Source: an uncultured delta proteobacterium (lineage in GTDB: Bacteria; Myxococcota_A; UBA9160; UBA4427). Taken from it: a stretch of DNA of 64,000 nt. The DNA is taken from NCBI GenBank assembly GCA_963822965.1, contig CAWGJT010000005.1:192001-256000 (forward strand). The letters are read 5' to 3'. This document shows positions 59,257 through 64,000 of this stretch, in pieces. Every line of letters starts with the position of its first letter. The first letter of the stretch is position 1. The notes under the pieces are model-generated. The model worked only from the letters and a program-made list of their open reading frames with translations. It was not told where the DNA came from and did no database searches. Both the position numbers and the translations under genes were made by a program.

Positions 59257-59375
59257 TCCGACGTAGACTTCGCGGCTCGCGATCGCCCGAAGCGCCGCCG
59301 CCCGCCGGGCCGCGAGAGAGCCGAAGAGAAGAAGCCGAGAAAGAACCCGAGAGAGAGCACACGAGAGGAGCGGTC

Positions 59376-60600
59376 TTGCGATTCTACGAGTACGAGGCGA
59401 AGGCCCTCTTCCGCGAAGCACGGCCTGCCCGCTCGGCGAGAGCCGGGTCGTCGGGCTCCGCGCGAAGAAGCCGCGGGCCGCCTTCGAGGCCATCGGCGGG
59501 CCCGTGGTCCTGAAGGGCCAGGTGCTGTCCGGCGGGCGCATGAAGGCCGGCGCGGTGAAGTTCGCCGACACCGCCGCGGAGGCGGCCAGCTCGCTTCGAG
59601 GCGATCCTGCCCGTCGAGGTGAACGGCCAGAAGTCGCGCTCGGTGCTGGTGGAGGAGAAGAGCGCCGGTCGCCCAGGAGTACTTCGCCGCGGTCACCTGG
59701 GACGGCCGGCGCGAAGCAGCCCGTGCTGCGTCTTCAGCGACATGGGCGGCATCGACATCGAAGAGGTGGCCGAGACCCACCCCGAGCACGTCTCGAAGAC
59801 CCACTTCTCCACCATCCTGCCCCTCTCGCCCCACATCGCGAAGGAGGCCGTCGGCGCCACCGGCGTGACGGGCAGCGACCTGAACCGCCTCACGCCGATC
59901 ATCTTCGAGCTGATGCAGCATCTTCCTGCGACTACGACCTGACGCTGGCCGAGATCAACCCGATCGGCGAAGCTCGAGGACGGCCGCTTCGTCGTGCTCG
60001 ACGGCCACGTCGACCTGGAGGCCGAGGCGCGCGGCATCCACAAGGCGCTGCTCGACGGAGCTCGGCATCGGCGACGACGAGACCCGCCAGGCGCGCCCGC
60101 CCACGCCCTTCGAGATCGCGGGCGCCCAGGTGAACGCCGTCGACCACCGCGGCGTCGCCGGCAACGTCGTGGAGTTCGACGGCAACCTGGGCCTGGTGAT
60201 CGGCGCCGGCGGCGGCTCGCTCACGCTCTTCGACGCGGTCCGCAACCACGGCGGCAAGCCCGCCAACTACTGCGAGATCGGCGGCAACCCGAGCGTCTCG
60301 AAGACGACAGCGAGCTCACGAAGCTCATCCTCGTCGAAGCCCGGCGTCGAGAAGATCGCCGTGATGATGAACGTCGTGTCGAACACCCGCGTCGACATCG
60401 TGGCGCGCGGCGTGATCAAGGGCTGCATCGAGTCGGGCCGCGACCCGGCGGAGGCGATCGCCATCTTCCGCATCCCGGGCGCCTGGGAGGAGGAGGGCTT
60501 CAAGATCCTCGCGAAGTACGGCGTCGAGTACTGCGACCGCAGCGTCTCGATGTACGAAGCGGCGGGACGCGCCGTCGCCAAGATGAAGGCGGGGGCCTGA
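59376..60600 (+). CDS. ATP-grasp beta subunit of a succinate-CoA-ligase-family enzyme with atypical acid-binding loops (multiple apparent frameshifts)
   Basis: RFYEYEAK, VLKGQVLSGGRMKAG.V, GGIDIEEVA, EINP, GNLGLVIGAGGGSL, ANYCEIGGNP. GAGAGGAG RBS before TTG. Confidence 0.8.
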
Positions 60601-60603
60601 AGC

Positions 60604-61513
60604 ATGTCGATCCTCATCACGAAGGACACGCGCTTCATCGTCCAGGGCATCACCGGCCGCGAGGCCGTGAACCTCACCCGCGAGAACCTCGACTACGGCG
60701 CGAAGATCGTCGGCGGCGTGACCCCCGGCCGCGCGGGCCGCGACGTCTACGGCGTGCCGGTCTACGACTGCGTGCGCGACATCGTGAAGGCCCACGGCGC
60801 AGGTCGAAGGCTCGGTGGTGTGCGTGCCGCCCCGCTTCACCCAGGACGCCGTCTTCGAGGCCATCGAGAACGGCATCAAGCTGATCGTGGTCGTCACCGA
60901 GAACATCCCGCGCCAGCGAGGTGGCCCAGATGGTCGAGCTCGCCAGCCTGCGCGGCGCGCGCATCATCGGCCCGAACTGCCTGGGCATCATCTCCCCCGG
61001 CGAGGCGAAGATGGGCGGCGTCGGCGGCCCGGCGGCGAACACGCGCCAGGCCTACACGAAGGGCGAGATCGGCGTGATGTCGCGCTCCGGCGGCATGACG
61101 ACCGAGATCGCGAGCACCCTCACCGCCGCCGGCCTGGGCCAGTCGACCTGCGGTCTCGATCGGCGGCGACGCCATCATCGGCACGCACCTACGCCGAGCT
61201 GATGCCGCTCTTCGAGGCGGATCCGCAGACCAAGGCCATCGCCATCTACTCCGAGCCGGGCGGCCGCATGGAGGCCGAGCTGGCCGACTGGATGCGCGAG
61301 CACGACTCCCGCCTGCCGATCGTGGCCTTCATGGCCGGACGCTTCATGGACGAGATGAAGGGCATGCGCTTCGGGCACGCCGGCACCATCGTCGAGGGCA
61401 AGGAGGACACGACCGCCGAGAAGATCGCGCGCATGGAGGCCGCCGGGATCTCGGTCGCCGAGCGCATCGAGGAGATCCCCGAGCTGCTGCGCAAGCGGCT
61501 GGCCGCAGCCTGA
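60604..61513 (+). CDS. CoA-binding alpha subunit of a succinate-CoA-ligase-family enzyme (apparent frameshifts)
   Basis: MSILI....IVQGITG, GGVTPG, TENIP, IIGPNCLG, SRSGG, phospho-His motif RFGHAGTI. Confidence 0.85.
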
Positions 61514-61529
61514 AGAGGCCAACGCCTGG

Positions 61530-61752
61530 ATGCCCGGACTCTTCATCGACGTGAAGGTGGACGCCGAGGTCGCCAAGGACCCGGAGATCGCGGCGAAGCT
61601 CGCCGAGGTCTGCCCGGTCAACATCTTCGTGGCCGGCGAGGCGCGGCGTGAGCATCGCGGAGAAGGACCTCGACGAGTGCGTGCTCTGCGACCTCTGCCT
61701 GGACGTCGCCCCCGGCAAGGTGCAGATCGTCAAGCTCTACGAGCAGGACTGA
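61530..61752 (+). CDS. Small single-cluster ferredoxin (one apparent frameshift near 61645)
   Basis: EVCPVNIF in one frame, then DLDECVLCDLCLDVAP in the next. Confidence 0.72.
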
Positions 61753-61816
61753 GCCAGGGAGAAGATCGAAGAGAGCCAAGAGCGAGCGAAAGAGCGAGTC
61801 AGAGGAGACCCCCGAC

Positions 61817-62871
61817 ATGCGAAGCGCGAAGGACTTCTTCAAGCCCAAGGCCCTCGGCGCCCCCGCGCCGCTGCGGGAGATCCCCTTCCGGCCCTCGCGG
61901 ATGATCCACTTCTTCGACCCGGGCAACGCGAAGATGGCCGCCAAGCTGCCGGACCTGGCGAAGAAGCTGCGACGTGCTGCTCGGCAACCTCGAGGACGCG
62001 ATCCCGGCCGACCGACAAGATCGCCGCCCGCGAGGGCCTGGTGAAGGTCGCCAACGACGTGGACTTCGGCGACTGCCAGCTCTGGACCCGCGTCAACAGC
62101 CTCGACTCGCCCTGGTGCCTCGACGACCTGCTGCTGCTCGTGCCCGAGATCGGCGACCGCCTCGACGTGATCATGGTCCCCAAGGTCGAGGGGCCCTGGG
62201 ACATCCACTACGTGGACCAGCTCGTCTCCCAGCTCGAGGCCAAGGGCGGCCATCAAGAAGCCCATCATGCTCCACGCCATCCTCGAGACCGCCCTCGGCG
62301 TCGGCGAACGTGGAGGAGATCTGCGCCGCCAGCCCGCGCATGCAGGGCCTCTCCCTCGGCCCCGCCGACCTCGCCGCCTCGCGCCGCATGAAGACGACGC
62401 GCGTCGGCGGCGGGCACCCGGGCTACCTGGTGCGCCAGGACCCGAATCCGAAGGACCCCGACGCGCCCCGCGCCGTCGCCCAGCAGGACCTGTGGCACTA
62501 CACGTGCGCGCGCATGGTGGACGCCTGCGTGGCCAACGGCATCCTGCCCTACTACGGCCCCTTCGGAGACATCAAGGACACGCTCGCCACCGAGGACCAG
62601 TTCCGCAACGCCTTCCTGATGGGCTGCGTGGGCGCCTGGTCGCTGCACCCGGTGCAGATCGACATCGCCAAGAAGGTGTTCAGCCCGCCGGTCGGACGAG
62701 GTGCTGTGGGCGAAGAACGTGATCGCCGAGATGGGCGACGGCACCGGCGCCGTGATGATCGACGGCAAGATGCAGGACGACGCCACCTACAAGCAGTGCA
62801 AGGTGATGGTGGGCCTGGCCGAGCTGCTGGCGGAGAAGGACCCGGAGCTGAAGAAGGCCTACGGGTTCTAG
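61817..62871 (+). CDS. mcl: Malyl-CoA/beta-methylmalyl-CoA/citramalyl-CoA lyase (CitE superfamily, Chloroflexus-type; apparent frameshifts)
   Basis: [85 protein letters not shown]. Confidence 0.85.
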
Positions 62872-63176
62872 AGGCCCCGACCTGCGCACGCCGCCTGCGC
62901 CCCGACCCGCGGAGCGACGAGGCCGAGACGAGCGTCCGGCGGGCCCTCCACGAGGCGGGCCCACCGCGACCCGTGCACCGATCGGCCAGCCGGCCAGCGA
63001 GGAGGCCGATTTGGAGCGGCCACCGGTGGATCTGGGCCAGCCAGCTCCCGCGCCTCTCCCTCCGCGCGAGCGGAGGTGGTCGAGACGGCGTCCGGGGGCC
63101 TTCCGGGGATCCTGGAAGGCCGGGCACACGCATTGCATCGCCAGGCAGCGAACGCGAGCTCATCCAGGAGCACCCG

Positions 63177-63635
63177 ATGCCGGAAGCCGATCGCCCACTC
63201 GTCCTCGTGGCCCATGCCGGCCTCTGGCGTGGCTGGATCGAGCACGCGCTGGCCGGTGCCGGCATCACCTGCTGCGGGTTCGCCGATGCGAGACACGCGC
63301 TGCATTTCGCATGCTCCTGTCGCGCGCGGCTGGGCGCAGCCCTCATCGACCGCGACCTGCCGCCCTGCGGCGGCCTCCGGCTGGCACGGCAGCTGCTCGT
63401 GCTCGACGAAGACCTCGGGCTCGTGGCCACGTCGAGCCGCGGCTTCGACGCGGAGACGCTCGGACTCCTAGGCGCACACGGCGGCTTCACCGCACCACTG
63501 CCCATCCGCCCCCACCACCTCGGGCACCTCGTGCGCTCTGCCTTCCGGAAGCACCGAACCCACGGGACCCTCGACCCCCCTCCCGCGATGACCGCTGCAG
63601 CGCCTGCTGCCCAGGCGTCGTCGCCGGTGCCGTAG
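63177..63635 (+). CDS. Atypical single-domain response-regulator-like protein
   Basis: [19 protein letters not shown] matches the receiver beta3-alpha3 region; the acidic pocket and conserved Lys are missing. AGGAG RBS. Confidence 0.55.
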   Translation: MPEADRPLVLVAHAGLWRGWIEHALAGAGITCCGFADARHALHFACSCRARLGAALIDRDLPPCGGLRLARQLLVLDEDLGLVATSSRGFDAETLGLLGAHGGFTAPLPIRPHHLGHLVRSAFRKHRTHGTLDPPPAMTAAAPAAQASSPVP

Positions 63636-64000
63636 CTCGCTGCTTCCGGGCCGGCGGGACTCCGCTCGACACCCCGCTGGGGCCCTTCCGGGCGCCACCA
63701 GAGCGGAGTCCCGCCGGGATCGATGCCCGTGAGGGCAGCCATGCCGGTCCTCCGAAACCCAGGCCGCTCTGGTGGTCCGCTCTCGCGATCCGCTGCACCG
63801 CATCGCGACGGCGAACCGGGTTCGCGGCGTCAGCCTGTCCGCGCAGCCGCTCGACCGGAGGCTCCAGCGCCTTGCCGCAGCAGCCGTGAAGCCGGAGGTT
63901 CCACCTCGATCCCGACGCCGCTGTGGTCCGGGGGCCATCGACGGGAACCCGCTCTGGCCTCGCGGGCAGCGGAGAGGGGTTGAACGACCCGCATCGCAGG

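Noticed and set aside
59376..61513. Labelling the ligase as TCA-cycle sucC/sucD
   Set aside because: The acid-binding loops differ from SucC and the context is mch/mcl, so I withheld the symbols.
63636..64000. Structured ncRNA or riboswitch in the terminal gene-free stretch
   Set aside because: GC-rich hairpins are possible, but I recognised no tRNA, SRP, 6S, RNase P or riboswitch consensus, and the region is truncated by the window edge.

Overview
Very GC-rich bacterial chromosomal segment with about 59 protein-coding genes. I found no rRNA, tRNA, CRISPR array, transposase or integrase. PEP-CTERM proteins, a PilZ protein, a sulfotransferase/DUF1214 pair and many acyl-CoA enzymes suggest a Myxococcota-like (deltaproteobacterial) genome; this is inference only. 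Main content: (i) an AddAB-type helicase/nuclease pair; (ii) a surface-protein locus where a PEP-CTERM protein and a 929-aa Cys-rich repeat protein share the same N-terminal domain but end in different C-terminal anchors (VPEP versus CGFGPEL-TM-basic), with an Lgt homologue just downstream and a candidate sigma-54/IHF/UAS promoter upstream; (iii) lipid/steroid-type catabolic clusters (Cys-less thiolase plus DUF35, MaoC hydratases, P450, paired acyl-CoA dehydrogenases, Rieske oxygenase); (iv) pcm, a deoxyhypusine-synthase-like gene and iaaA; (v) a three-part pnt transhydrogenase; (vi) an operon of mesaconyl-CoA hydratase, an atypical succinyl-CoA-synthetase-family ligase, a ferredoxin and a Chloroflexus-type malyl-CoA lyase, which is the best candidate for an undescribed pathway variant. 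Non-coding oddities are an 11-copy 20-bp tandem array, a 42-bp gene-junction duplication that creates a coupled 20-aa mini-ORF, and at least seven apparently leaderless genes. Frameshifts are dense in about 8.5-14.8 kb and 58.3-62.7 kb and most likely reflect long-read indel errors, so coordinates there span the reconstructed genes. Family assignments come from recognised motifs, not from database searches.
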